Shown piece by piece: positions 10,427-20,921 of a stretch of 64,000 nucleotides of DNA (positions are counted from its first letter, which is position 1; each line of letters begins with the position of its first letter). A model generated the notes under the pieces. It was not told the DNA's origin. It searched no databases and saw nothing but the letters and a program-made list of their open reading frames with translations. A program made the position numbers and the translations under genes. Where the stretch lies: contig CAITLU010000024.1 of assembly GCA_903893315.1 (NCBI GenBank), positions 5,119-69,118 on the forward strand, given 5' to 3'. This DNA comes from an uncultured bacterium. Its GTDB lineage: Bacteria > Desulfobacterota > Binatia > UBA1149 > CAITLU01.

Positions 10427-11500
10427 ATGTACAGGAACTACTGGAAACTCTACGCCGTCCCGATGTCATTGTTCTCGGCGAAGATCCGGCCAGTGCTTCG
10501 CTACAAGAAGATTCCCCACGTGGAGGTCTGGGCCGACGCCAAGGTGATCCGCGAGGTGATTCTGCCCAAGACCGGCGTGGGTTTCATACCGGTGATCGAA
10601 ACCGACACGGGGGAAGTCCTGCAGGACACGCCGCGAATGATCGAGCGCATCGAGACGCTGCATCCGTACCCTCAGGTGCTGCCGGCAGATCCTGCCGTAC
10701 GCATGGTCGCCGAAGTCATTCAGGATTTCTGCGACGATACCTGCGTGCTGCCGGCGATGCACTACCGCTGGAGTTTTTCGGAACAACGCCAGTGGATCAT
10801 CGACGATTGGACCGCGGTGTTCGGCGCGTCGGCGATGCGCTTCGTCGGACAGATGTCGGGGGCGCTGCCGTTTCTCGGCATCACCGACAAGACCACCGGA
10901 GTCATCGAAGAATTCTACGAACGCCTGCTTGATCTGCTCGATGCCCACTTCCTGGAGCACCGCTTTCTTCTGGGCGACTCGCTCACGTTGGCGGATCTCG
11001 CGTTCATCGGAGCTTTCTACCCTCATCTGGGCCGCGATCCCGTTCCCGCCCGCATCATGCGCGAGCGTTCGCCGCGCGTGATGGCGTGGGTTCACGAGGT
11101 AAACGACGCGGCACCGCCGTCGCCGTGGGCCGAACCTCCCGAAGTGCACGAGACGTTGTTGCCGATCCTGGCCGAGATCGGTCGGGTATTCGTGCCGATG
11201 CAGATGGCCGTGAGCGCCTTTGTCGAGGAAGCGGTCAGCGCGCTCGCCGTCGGCGAAGAGGCTCCGCGCGTACTCGGAATGGTCGAGCAGAACGTGCTCG
11301 GTGTGCGCGAGCAGCGCATCGCCAGTGCCTACTCTGTGTGGCGTCACCAGCGCACCGCGCGGCGCTACGCGGTACTGCCCGAGGGCGAACGCACTGTGGT
11401 TGACGAGATTCTCGGCCCGGCGGGCGTTCTTCCCTACCTGCAGACGATTCCCAAGGCGCGCCTGGCGATGGATCGCTTCGTGTTGAAAGTCGCCGACTGA
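10427..11500 (+). CDS. Glutathione S-transferase family protein (long C-terminal type)
   Basis: 'SLFSAKIRPVLRYK', 'FIPVI', 'QDTPRMIE', 'FLLGDSLTLADLAF'; start at ATG 10427. Confidence 0.85.
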   Translation: MYRNYWKLYAVPMSLFSAKIRPVLRYKKIPHVEVWADAKVIREVILPKTGVGFIPVIETDTGEVLQDTPRMIERIETLHPYPQVLPADPAVRMVAEVIQDFCDDTCVLPAMHYRWSFSEQRQWIIDDWTAVFGASAMRFVGQMSGALPFLGITDKTTGVIEEFYERLLDLLDAHFLEHRFLLGDSLTLADLAFIGAFYPHLGRDPVPARIMRERSPRVMAWVHEVNDAAPPSPWAEPPEVHETLLPILAEIGRVFVPMQMAVSAFVEEAVSALAVGEEAPRVLGMVEQNVLGVREQRIASAYSVWRHQRTARRYAVLPEGERTVVDEILGPAGVLPYLQTIPKARLAMDRFVLKVAD

Positions 11501-11516
11501 GCGGCCTCGTTTCGAC

Positions 11517-13298
11517 TCAGCCCTCGGCGCCGCGTTTGAGCACGTTGGCCCATTCGTCCTTGAGAGTCGCGGTGCGGTTGAATACCAGGGCTCCCGTGCG
11601 TGAGTCGGGGTCCACGGTGAAATAGCCCATCCGCTCGAACTGAAACGTCTGACCCGGCGCGGCCGACGTCAGACTCTCTTCCAATCTCGCTTCGGTATTC
11701 AACTCGAGCGAAGTCGGGTTCAGGTAGTCGAAGATAGTCGCGCCTTCCTCGACCCGAGCCGGATTTTCACGCGTGAAGAGCTGATTGTAGAGGCGTACTT
11801 CGGCGGGCAGGGCATGGGCTGCCGCTACCCAGTGCAGGGTTGCCTTTACTTTGCGTCCATCGGGCGCGTTGCCACCCGTGGTGGCCGGGTCGTAGGTGCA
11901 GCGAAGCTCGGTGATATCGCCGGCCTCGTTCTTCACGACGCCCGTGCAGGTGATGAAATAACCGTAGCGGAGTCTGACCTCGCGGCCCGGGGCGAGGCGG
12001 AAGAACTTTTTCGGCGGATCTTCCTGGAAGTCCTCGCGCTCGATGTAGAGTTCACGCGAGAACGGAACCTTGCGCGTTCCAGCCGACGGATCTTCCGGGT
12101 TGTTGACGGCGTCGAGGTACTCGACCCTGCCATCAGGGTAGTTCTCGATCACCATCTTGAGCGGCCGCAACACGCCCATCACGCGCGGCGTGTGGCGGTT
12201 GAGGTCGTCGCGTACGCAGAACTCGAGCTGCGCGAACTGCACCAGGTTGTCGCTGCGCGCAATGCCGATGCCTTCGCAGAAAGCGCGGATAGAGGCCGGC
12301 GTGTAGCCGCGCCGGCGCATGCCGGAGATGGTCGGCATGCGCGGGTCGTCCCAGCCGCGCACGTGCCCTTCCTCGACCAGCAACCTCAGCGTACGTTTGC
12401 TCATCACGGTGTAGGTGAGGTTCAGGCGCGCGAACTCGAACTGCCGCGGTCGTGAAGAATGCGCGCTGAGATCCACGTGGTCGAGCACCCAGTCGTAGAG
12501 AGCTCGATTCGGTACGAATTCCAGCGTGCACAACGAATGGGTGACGCCTTCGATGGCGTCGGAGAGACAGTGGGCGAAATCGTACATCGGGTAGATGCAC
12601 CACTTGTCGCCGCTGCGGTGATGTGAAGAGTGCTGGATGCGGTAGATGACCGGGTCGCGCATCGCGATGTTGGGTGCGGCCATGTCGATCCTGGCGCGCA
12701 GGGTCCGTGCGCCGCCGGCGAACTCGCCTGCGCGCATACGCCGGAAAAGATCCAGGTTCTCGTCCGTCGAACGTTCCCGCCATGGGCTGTGGCGGCCGGG
12801 TTCGGTGAGCGTGCCGCGATACTCGCGCATCTGCTCCGCGTTCAGGTCGCAGACGAAAGCGTTGCCTTTGCAGATAAGTTCTTCGGCAAAAAGGTAGAGG
12901 CGCTCGAAGTAGTCGGCCGCGTGGTAGAAGTGCGGCCCCCAGTCGAAACCGAGCCAGCGCACGTCCGCGGTGATCGAGTCCACGTACTCGACGTCTTCCT
13001 TGCTCGGGTTGGTGTCGTCCATGCGCAGGTGACAGCGCCCGCCGTTCTCGGCCGCCACGGTGAAGTTGAGACAGATGGCCTTGGCGTGGCCGATGTGGAG
13101 GTAGCCGTTCGGCTCGGGCGGAAAGCGCGTGACTATGGTTCGCCTTGGCCTGCCCGCCGCGACGTCGCCGGCGAGGTCGGCAGCTATGATCTGACGGATG
13201 AAGTCACTCCCTCCGGAAGCGGCGGGGACGGCGGTGTCGGCGGCATCTGCGCCGGCGCCCGAAGGCGTCGGTGACTTGGGTCGGGTATCGATGGGCAC
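11517..13298 (-). CDS. glnS: Glutamine--tRNA ligase
   Basis: '[17 protein letters not shown]' (HIGH), 'YPMYDFAH', 'VMSKR', 'WDDPRMPT', 'FQFERMGYF'; GTG start after AGAGGA. Confidence 0.97.
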   Translation of the reverse strand: MPIDTRPKSPTPSGAGADAADTAVPAASGGSDFIRQIIAADLAGDVAAGRPRRTIVTRFPPEPNGYLHIGHAKAICLNFTVAAENGGRCHLRMDDTNPSKEDVEYVDSITADVRWLGFDWGPHFYHAADYFERLYLFAEELICKGNAFVCDLNAEQMREYRGTLTEPGRHSPWRERSTDENLDLFRRMRAGEFAGGARTLRARIDMAAPNIAMRDPVIYRIQHSSHHRSGDKWCIYPMYDFAHCLSDAIEGVTHSLCTLEFVPNRALYDWVLDHVDLSAHSSRPRQFEFARLNLTYTVMSKRTLRLLVEEGHVRGWDDPRMPTISGMRRRGYTPASIRAFCEGIGIARSDNLVQFAQLEFCVRDDLNRHTPRVMGVLRPLKMVIENYPDGRVEYLDAVNNPEDPSAGTRKVPFSRELYIEREDFQEDPPKKFFRLAPGREVRLRYGYFITCTGVVKNEAGDITELRCTYDPATTGGNAPDGRKVKATLHWVAAAHALPAEVRLYNQLFTRENPARVEEGATIFDYLNPTSLELNTEARLEESLTSAAPGQTFQFERMGYFTVDPDSRTGALVFNRTATLKDEWANVLKRGAEG

Positions 13299-13519
13299 GC
13301 GAAAGTTCCTCTTGGCCTGTCTGCTCGTTCGGACGGCGGGGGAATAGATATGCGTTGCAGGGGGTGCGAACAAAAGGGGGAGTGCGGTTGAGGGCGGCGT
13401 CGAGGGGAAGGGCGTCGAGGATGTGTGGGTGCGGATCGCCGCTGCGCCCGTGAAGGCGAGGCCGGTGAGATGTCGGTAGTTTCGCGGCCACTGCCGTCAA
13501 CGCTCGGGTCAACGCTCAA

Positions 13520-13540
13520 CCTATTCCGATTCGAAATAGG
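13520..13540. promoter_or_regulatory. 21-bp imperfect palindrome, candidate PadR operator
   Basis: CCTATTCCGA-T-TCGAAATAGG with 9 of 10 arm positions pairing; AT-rich in a GC-rich context, upstream of the permease. Confidence 0.45.
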
Positions 13541-13663
13541 GAATCGCCTGCGACTCTAGGGTCGCCGGCACTCCGTCGCTACGATCGCTCGTCGACGGCG
13601 TGGGCCGGTGGAACTCGGCCCTTTGCCTGCCGCGTCCCCGGGCAGCCCCGTCGCTGAGGATGC

Positions 13664-16270
13664 GTGAGAGGTTTGTTGACTCTGCTGTGGTGGGTGAGCC
13701 GCCGCGAACTGCGAGCGAGGCCCGTCAGGGTGGCGTTGTTCGTGGGCTCGATCGCTACTGGAGTGGCGCTGCTGACGGCGATGCGCGTGGCCACCGACAG
13801 CATCGTCGACGGCTTCACCGCCGATCTCCAACGCATTGCGGGCAAGGCCGACCTGGAGATCGCCTGCGGCAGCGGTGAAATCGGTTTTCCTGAAGAGACG
13901 CTGGACAGGATTCGCGGGCACCCGGCGGTGGCACAGGCGGCGGCCCTGGTGCGCGGCTCGGTGAGGATCGAGGGCGAGAGGCCCGAGACGGTCGATCTGT
14001 TCGGGATCGACGTCCTGCAGAAGGAAGTGCTGGAACTGTTCGACGTCAACGTACTCGAACGCACCAAGGACGACTTCACTATCCTGAACGACCCGCGCGC
14101 GGTGTTCGTCACGCAGAAGCTGGCCGGCGAGCGAGGCCTGCACCTCGAAGACAAGATCCGCATGAGCGGCGTCGATGGGCTTCACGAGTACACGGTCAGG
14201 GGCATCTTTGCCGCCCAAGGTCTTGGCGAAGTCTTCGGCGGGCGTCTCGCGGCCATGTACCTGCCCGCAGCTCAGCCGGTTGTCGGAACGCGAGGCGATC
14301 TGGAGGTGTCGCTGATAGATCAGATTGCCGTGCGTCTGGTTGCCGGCACGGACGTGGATGTCGCAGAGCGCGAACTTCAGGTCCTGGCGGGTCCCTCGTT
14401 GATCGTTGCGGAGCCGTTGCAGAGGCGGGCGGTAGCTGAACGCACGGTGCGTGGGCTGCGCGCGACGTTGGTCGGCATGAGTACGCTGGCACTGATGGCC
14501 GCGGTTTTCATCGTCTATGCGTCGACCGTGACGCTGGTCGCGCAGCGCAGATCCAGCGCGGCGATGCTTGTCGCCATCGGGACGCGGCCGAATGCACTGG
14601 TGGCGCTGATCATGGCGGAGGCCGGTATTCTCGGGGCGATCGGCTCGATCATGGGAGTCGGCATCGGGCTGATGCTGGCGGGCGTGGTGATCGGCGATGT
14701 CGCTGAAGGGATGCGGCTGAACTATTCGCTATCGCTCGGCGAACCCGTTCGCTCGCTCAATCGTGCGATGCTGTTCGTCGTGCATCCGGCGGGCGGCGTG
14801 TTGACGGCCATGTTGTCGGCTCTTCTGCCGGCGCGGCGGCTGCGCGGAATAGATCCGCTGTGCTTGCAGCGACGGCACGGCGATCATTCGGACTCGGCGC
14901 GTTGGGCGCTGCCGTGGCGGGTCTTTACGGGTGGAGTCTCGGGACTCGCGTCGGGCGGCGCCGCGATCTGGTGGGGCGTACGAACGTCATCTTCCGCATG
15001 GTGCGCTTTCGGCGGCGTGGCGGTGGTGCTGGCTGCGGTGATAGTCGGGATCCCTGTGGTCATTTCGTCGTGGCGTTTCGCTGCGACCGCGCTCGCTCGT
15101 TTCCTCGGTATGCCGGGGAGGCTGGCAGCAGAGAATCTCGCCCGAAGCCTGGAACGCAGCGTGATCACTTCCGCCGCCATCGCGCTTTGCATCGCGGTAG
15201 CCGTCGGGGCGGGAAGCCTGGTCGCGAGTTTTCGTCAGTCGGTCACCAACTGGTACGGGTTCGCGGGTGATGCCCTGGTGTCGTCGCCTATCACCGACGG
15301 CGGATGGCTCTCCGCGCCGACTGCCGGAATTGTCGAGGGTCGGCTGCATGAACTCGCTTGCGTCAAGGGCGTAGAGACTCTGCGGGTTGTCCAAGGCGTG
15401 ATGTTCCGTGGTGAGCGGATTGCGTTGTCGGCGCTGAGCTCGGGTCTTCTCGACGTGGCACTCCAAGAGGCGCGGCCGCTGGGAGTCGCGAGTGTTGTAG
15501 AGGCAAGTGCGCGCATCCGGCGAGGAGAGGCGGCCGCCGTGTCGGAGAACTTCGCGCGACACTTCTCGCAGGACTCATACGCGGGGCGCGTAAGACTCGA
15601 CTCGCCTACAGGAACGGTCGAATTGCCGGTGGTCGCAGTGCTGCCCGACTACGTGTCGGACAAAGGGTCGCTGATCATCTCACGGCAGGTTCTTGCCGAC
15701 CGATGGCATGACGACGCCGTCAACTATTTTGCCGTCAACCTGGTGCATGGCGCCGCCGTCGATGATCTTCGTGAACAGGTCGCGACTCAGCTCGGCGCAT
15801 CTTTCAACCTTTCGGTCCTTCGCTCCGGCGATATGATTGAGCGCGTGGACGCAATGATAGGAGCGGCGTTCGCCGACATCGATACGATCAAGCTGCTGGT
15901 GCTGTTCCTGACGCTGGTCGGCATCGCGGATCTGCTGGCATCCAATATTCTCGACCGTCAGTGGGAGATGGCGGTCCTGCGTCTCGTCGGGATGCGCGAC
16001 TCCGAACTGGTTCGCGTGATGGTACTCGAGGCGCTGTGTGTCGGCATCGCGGCGTCGCTGCTCGGAGTGCTGGTCGGCGCTGTCTCGGCCTGGGTCTGGG
16101 TCGAGTTCAGCTACCCGGTACTGGTCGGCTATGTTCTCGAGTTCGTGTTCGGTTGGTGGGGCGCCGGCTTGTGCTTGGTATTGACCGTCTGCGCTGCGTA
16201 TCTTGCCGCCGTGGTTTGTGGATGGGCATCGCTGCGGATCTCAGCGCTGGAAGCTGTTCGTTATGAGTGA
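13664..16270 (+). CDS. FtsX/MacB-like ABC transporter permease (two repeated halves)
   Basis: Two TM-periplasmic-3TM halves with 'LVAQRRSSAAMLVAIG' and 'ILDRQWEMAVLRLVG'; C-terminus 'ISALEAVRYE'. Confidence 0.9.
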   Translation: MRGLLTLLWWVSRRELRARPVRVALFVGSIATGVALLTAMRVATDSIVDGFTADLQRIAGKADLEIACGSGEIGFPEETLDRIRGHPAVAQAAALVRGSVRIEGERPETVDLFGIDVLQKEVLELFDVNVLERTKDDFTILNDPRAVFVTQKLAGERGLHLEDKIRMSGVDGLHEYTVRGIFAAQGLGEVFGGRLAAMYLPAAQPVVGTRGDLEVSLIDQIAVRLVAGTDVDVAERELQVLAGPSLIVAEPLQRRAVAERTVRGLRATLVGMSTLALMAAVFIVYASTVTLVAQRRSSAAMLVAIGTRPNALVALIMAEAGILGAIGSIMGVGIGLMLAGVVIGDVAEGMRLNYSLSLGEPVRSLNRAMLFVVHPAGGVLTAMLSALLPARRLRGIDPLCLQRRHGDHSDSARWALPWRVFTGGVSGLASGGAAIWWGVRTSSSAWCAFGGVAVVLAAVIVGIPVVISSWRFAATALARFLGMPGRLAAENLARSLERSVITSAAIALCIAVAVGAGSLVASFRQSVTNWYGFAGDALVSSPITDGGWLSAPTAGIVEGRLHELACVKGVETLRVVQGVMFRGERIALSALSSGLLDVALQEARPLGVASVVEASARIRRGEAAAVSENFARHFSQDSYAGRVRLDSPTGTVELPVVAVLPDYVSDKGSLIISRQVLADRWHDDAVNYFAVNLVHGAAVDDLREQVATQLGASFNLSVLRSGDMIERVDAMIGAAFADIDTIKLLVLFLTLVGIADLLASNILDRQWEMAVLRLVGMRDSELVRVMVLEALCVGIAASLLGVLVGAVSAWVWVEFSYPVLVGYVLEFVFGWWGAGLCLVLTVCAAYLAAVVCGWASLRISALEAVRYE

Positions 16271-16321
16271 CGGCGTGGGGCCACGCCGCCGGCGCGTGGC
16301 GCGCCTCGGGATCGATCGCGA

Positions 16322-17350
16322 ATGACTGCGATGCGAATTCTCGGGGTGGGGTCGAGTCTGCCGCAACGGGTTGTTCTCAACGCCGAGATCGAGGCTCTGA
16401 CCGGGATGCCGCACGGGCGGATCCGCGAACTCTTCGGGGTGGACGAGCGTCGCTGGTCGCGAGGTGTCGAGAGCGCTGATCCACCCGAAGGGCAGCGCTG
16501 CAGCGACCTGGCGGCGGCGGCCGGCGCGGCCGCGCTGGCGGACGCGGGGATCGATCCTGCGGAGGTCGATCTGCTGGTCGCGGTCACCACGACTCCCGAC
16601 TGTCTGAATCCGCCGTTCGACGCGCTGGTCGCCAGGAAACTCGGGCTGGTCGGAGCCTTGGGGTTTACTCTGAGCGCTCCGTGTACCGGTGTGTTTCGAG
16701 GCACCGCACTTGCTGAAGCGATGCTCGCTTCGGGCCGCGCGCGCCGCGCATTGGTAGTCGCGGCGGAAACGCTTTCGCCGTTCTTCCGCTTCGGACCAAC
16801 GATTCCGAAGGACCACTGCTTGAATTCGGTATTGTACGCCGATGGTGCGGGCGCGTGGGTGCTGGGCACGGAAGGGACGCGCGAACCGAAAATTGAACTC
16901 CTCGATATCGAGTTGGCACAACTCGACGAAGAGCCTGGTGTGATGTTCCCGGGAATGTTGTCTGCGACGCCTCCGTCACTCGAGCGATTCTCCAGCTGTG
17001 ACGATCTCGGCTATCACGACTTCAGGCGTGTGCTCGCCAAAGGCGGGCGGCTCGCCGCCGAGGCCGCCGAGAGGGTGATGAAGAAGCTCGGCGTTGGTAC
17101 CGATGACGTGCGTTTTTTCGTGACCCACCAGGCCACAGGCAACATGCACAGGATAGGTGCTTCCTACGGACTTCCGCCGGAGAAGATTCCGGTCAACATC
17201 GACCGCGTCGGGAACACGGTCTCTGCGTCGATCCTGCTGCTGCTCGACGAACTCAAGCGCGAAGGGAGACTTGCGGCCGGAGATCTGCTCGTGCTGCATA
17301 CGGCAGAGAGTTCCACCTGGAGTTCCGCCGGGATGGCGATCCGCTGGTGA
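16322..17350 (+). CDS. 3-oxoacyl-ACP synthase III (FabH-like) family protein
   Basis: Catalytic triad Cys121 (APCTG), His269 (THQAT), Asn298 (GNTVSAS); also 'TTTPD' and 'YADGAGA'. Confidence 0.9.
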   Translation: MTAMRILGVGSSLPQRVVLNAEIEALTGMPHGRIRELFGVDERRWSRGVESADPPEGQRCSDLAAAAGAAALADAGIDPAEVDLLVAVTTTPDCLNPPFDALVARKLGLVGALGFTLSAPCTGVFRGTALAEAMLASGRARRALVVAAETLSPFFRFGPTIPKDHCLNSVLYADGAGAWVLGTEGTREPKIELLDIELAQLDEEPGVMFPGMLSATPPSLERFSSCDDLGYHDFRRVLAKGGRLAAEAAERVMKKLGVGTDDVRFFVTHQATGNMHRIGASYGLPPEKIPVNIDRVGNTVSASILLLLDELKREGRLAAGDLLVLHTAESSTWSSAGMAIRW

Positions 17351-17402
17351 AGCGTCCTTGTCCTGGCCTTCTGGCGTAGTCGCAGGAAGCGAACGGGTTT
17401 CG

Positions 17403-18107
17403 TCAGGCGCGACCGGCGCCGCCGCTTCCCGTCAGTGCGATGTCTTCGGTTATCCTGCCGTCACTGACTCTGACGATCCGATCGCAGAACGATCCCCACA
17501 CCGGGTCGTGGGTGACGACCAAGGTCGTCACCCCGAGGTCTTCGTTGAGCATGCGCAGCAGCTCGATGATCTGGCGGCCGGCAATCGAGTCCAAGTTTCC
17601 GGTCGGCTCGTCCGCGAGGACTACCGACGGCGAAATGGCTAGCGCGCGTGCGATCGCGACCCTCTGCATTTCTCCGCCTGACAGAGAGTTGGCTTGATGA
17701 TTTTTCCGGTGCGTCATCCCGACCATGTCCATCGCTCTTGCGACTCTCTCGCGTTCCTCGTCGTGGGCTATGCCGTCGAGTCGCAGAGGCAGTGCGACGT
17801 TTTCGTCAGCGGTCAGGTACGGAAGCAGATTGAAAAACTGGAATACGATCCCTATTTCGCGCCTGCGCATGAGTGACAGGTCGTCGCTGCTCATGGCGGA
17901 AAGTTCTCGGTCCCCGAGCAGGACGCGACCGTGGTCGGGGTGCAGGAGTCCGGCGACCAGGTGCAACAGGGTGCTCTTGCCCGATCCGCTCGGTCCCATG
18001 ATCGCGCACATCTGTCCTCGCGGCACGTCGAAGTCGATGCCGCGAAGGGCCTCGACACGGGTGGTGCCGTGGCCGAATGCTTTCTGGACAGCGTCGAAGT
18101 GGATCAT
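17403..18107 (-). CDS. LolD/MacB-type ABC transporter ATP-binding protein
   Basis: GPSGSGKS, 'VFQFFNL', LSGGEMQRV, 'LADEPTGNLD', 'VTHD'. Confidence 0.93.
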   Translation of the reverse strand: MIHFDAVQKAFGHGTTRVEALRGIDFDVPRGQMCAIMGPSGSGKSTLLHLVAGLLHPDHGRVLLGDRELSAMSSDDLSLMRRREIGIVFQFFNLLPYLTADENVALPLRLDGIAHDEERERVARAMDMVGMTHRKNHQANSLSGGEMQRVAIARALAISPSVVLADEPTGNLDSIAGRQIIELLRMLNEDLGVTTLVVTHDPVWGSFCDRIVRVSDGRITEDIALTGSGGAGRA

Positions 18108-18120
18108 CTTGCGGCCTGCC

Positions 18121-18669
18121 TCAGCCCTGTTTGATCAATCGGCGCTCGATGCTTTCCAGCCAGGTCAGGTCGGCCCGTACACGCATTTCCGCACCGTCGA
18201 GGACGATTTCGGTGGCGCGCATGTCGACGCCGGCTTTCTCGAGTCTTCGTCGTCGCCTGGTGATCCTTGCGAGTCTGGTGAGGTAGACACTGCGTTGCTG
18301 CTTGATCATCGTGTAAACGCGGTCGATGTCGTCCGGTCCGAGAAACAGCAGCTTGAGGATCAATTCGTCGCGTAGAGGTTGTGCGTCTTCACGCACCGGA
18401 GCCAGCAGCCAGTCGTCGAGGTTCTGCTTTCCGTCGTGCGTGATGCGGTAGACCTTCCGGTTGGGCCGCCCCTTTTGGATCTCGTCCGCGACGGAGAGTT
18501 CGCCCGCCTTCTCGAGTTCGTCGAGTATCCGATAGAGCCGCCCGTAGTTCAGCGACCAGAACTCATCGGCGATGGCTTCGCATTCGCCGCGCAGGCGATA
18601 TCCGTGGATACCGTCGGATTTAGAGGCGATCAGGCCAAGTACCGCATAGCGAAGATTCCCAACCGACAT
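18121..18669 (-). CDS. PadR family transcriptional regulator (AphA-like, with C-terminal domain)
   Basis: 'LRYAVLGLI...HGYRL...LNYGRLYRILDELE...RPNRKVYRITHDG...LRDELILKL'. Confidence 0.92.
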   Translation of the reverse strand: MSVGNLRYAVLGLIASKSDGIHGYRLRGECEAIADEFWSLNYGRLYRILDELEKAGELSVADEIQKGRPNRKVYRITHDGKQNLDDWLLAPVREDAQPLRDELILKLLFLGPDDIDRVYTMIKQQRSVYLTRLARITRRRRRLEKAGVDMRATEIVLDGAEMRVRADLTWLESIERRLIKQG

Positions 18670-18795
18670 GGTGCGCTCCCCCTCGGGTCGTCTTCAGACG
18701 ATGGAAACACGATGGCAAAGCCCACGTCAACGAGGCAGGGGAGCTCGGCCGCAATATTTTGTTCTCTTTGGAGATAGCTCCGTGAGTGAGCTTGG

Positions 18796-19221
18796 TCACT
18801 TATCCTGGCCGACCAGGACGGACTTCAGCGAGTGCAGCCTTTCGCGGATCTCGTCCCTGGCCAGCCGAAATCGCCTTCGTGTTTCTCCGGTCTCGACATC
18901 CGGGACGCTCGAGGCCGGATCCGCGATCGGCCAGTGAAGACGCTGGATCCGGCCCGGCAGCAGCGGGCAGACTTCTTCGGCGCACAGCGTGACGACCAAG
19001 TCGATCGTGGTCGGGTCGATCTCGTCCACCGACTTGGAGTGATGCCGGGAGATGTCGACGCCGACCTCGGCCATCGCTTCGATGGCGTAGGGGTTGACCG
19101 TCGAGGGCTTGGATCCCGCGCTCTGGACCTCGGCGTGGCCAGCCAGCAGTTGGCGAGCGAGACCTTCGGCCATCTGGCTTCTGGCCGAGTTGGCCACGCA
19201 TAGGAAAAGGATGCGCTTCAT
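18796..19221 (-). CDS. arsC: Arsenate reductase, thioredoxin-coupled (LMW-PTP fold)
   Basis: P-loop '[15 protein letters not shown]', 'TLCAEEVCP', 'HWPIADP'. Start at ATG 19221; no other ars genes are nearby. Confidence 0.88.
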   Translation of the reverse strand: MKRILFLCVANSARSQMAEGLARQLLAGHAEVQSAGSKPSTVNPYAIEAMAEVGVDISRHHSKSVDEIDPTTIDLVVTLCAEEVCPLLPGRIQRLHWPIADPASSVPDVETGETRRRFRLARDEIRERLHSLKSVLVGQDK

Positions 19222-20048
19222 GTCCTGCCCGATCCTGCCGACTTCAAGGTTGGTCGCGGTCCTACTTACGCCAGGGCTCTGCGGCCAGCGCAGTCTTAGC
19301 GGTTGCCGGCCGGTGCCTCCAGTGAACGCGAAACCGTTCCGGACGAATGCATGACGGCGTTGACGGCGAGGCTCGTGGGCGTGAGCGAGTGATTGGCCGC
19401 GGCGGACCCGGAGTGCGCGATGCGCGCACCGGACCGGAACGGGGCAGGGGGAGGAGTTCGTGCAGTGATTGTTAGTGGCGTGGTTCCGACGAGGGGGTCC
19501 GGATGGGAGCCGGCACCCCGCTCGAAACAATCCAGGCCGCGATCCGGCCGGTGCGCGAAACCGACAGTGGGCCGCGTTCCTGCGAGCGTCAAGTCGTCGC
19601 AGTCGCACTTCTTGGCTCTCGCGCATTTCAGCCTCGGGTCGCTTCGAGGGAGAGAGGGAGCAGCTTGCGTTGTGGGAGGATGCACCGTCCGCTCGATTCC
19701 TGGGATCGGCGTGTCTGCGTGGGATAATAGGGAGATAGGAGACGTAACTCGATTTCACCCGAAGCCCTGACCGCGCTTTCTCCGGCGGCCCGAGAGGTCG
19801 CGGGCGAGCCTCGGCGCACGCCCTGCCCGCAAAATACTTAGCACGCGTTTGCGGCGGCAAACGCTTGTTTGGGAGGTGCGGCATTGAAGCCGCGCTTGCG
19901 CGCGATCTAAGAGCCGAACCGGCCGGTCCCGGGCCTTGCAAGAGCCTGCGGGCTTGGCGTTGCGGGAGCCGGCGGGCCTCCTGCGTCTCGTCCGTTGGCT
20001 GCCTTTTCTCCGTTGCCTTCCGCGGGGCAGCGCGGCGAGAATCGCGGT

Positions 20049-20771
20049 GTGCCGACCACTGTGGTTTTCCGCCTTGGGGCCCTGCTTGGGGTCGCGAGTT
20101 TCGTCGTCCTTTGGCCCGTGCCCCGAATCATCCGCCCAGGTCGTGCCTGGCGGCCAGATCACCAAGGCCAACTCGGAGAGGATCGAGGCGCTGGTCCCGC
20201 CGGGCGTCAAGTGGCGTGTCAATAACGGCATGAACATCGACATCGTCAAGACCGAGCGTTTCCGATCCGCGCCGACTACAAGGCCGTCACCGAGAAGTAC
20301 TCGGCCCAGGTGGTACTCGTCGTCAACAACGAACTCGACAACCGGGTGGCTGGCAAGCCTTTCCCGGGGATCGATCCGAACGATTCTCAGGCTGCGCAGA
20401 AGATCATGTACGACTTCGGGCACACCCATTACTGGCCCGAGACCCTCGACCTTCACCTTACCGTCGCCGACACAGGCAGCATCTACGTCGATACCAACGG
20501 CAACCGCCGCTATAACGTCGAGCGTCACTTCGTGCCCGACTGGATGCGCGTGCTGGGTTTCCAGGGCCGCATCAAGAACGAGCGGAAGCCGCAGTTTCTG
20601 CCGAACAATGACAAGGTATTTCAGAAGGCGGGGCTCTATCCTCTGATCGAGCCTTTCGACTTGAAGGGAGTCGGCGGAGTGTCGTTTCGCTGTCTCGACC
20701 AGACCGAGCAGGACGACACCTGGCTTGATCTTCCTTTCGTGCGCCGCCCGCCCCGTTGTCGCGGAAAGTAA
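20049..20771 (+). pseudogene. DUF1329-like secreted protein pseudogene (two frameshifts, 3' truncated)
   Basis: Three consecutive pieces in different frames: a signal peptide ([18 protein letters not shown]...), 'SAQVVPGGQITKANSERIEALVPPG', and 'DYKAVTEKYSAQV...AGKPFPGIDPND...EPFDLKGVG...QDDTWLDLPFVRR'. Similarity is lost after that. Confidence 0.75.
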
Positions 20772-20921
20772 CTGGACAGCGAGGCTCCCCTGGGGCACAA
20801 GAAAAACCGTCGCGGAAAAACCCGTGTCGGGAACACCCGCGGGTAAATCGAACCGGCCCTCGCCGGTTTGAACTGCAACCGCAGATATTCGGTAGAAGGC
20901 TGAGGGACTGGAGGTCGGATC

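Noticed and set aside
19222..20048. ORFs in the arsC upstream region, including the ArsC extension and a 129-aa ORF with CxxxxxCxC and RTPPP
   Set aside because: No recognisable family, RBS or codon bias; no ArsR, riboswitch or tRNA pattern could be supported.
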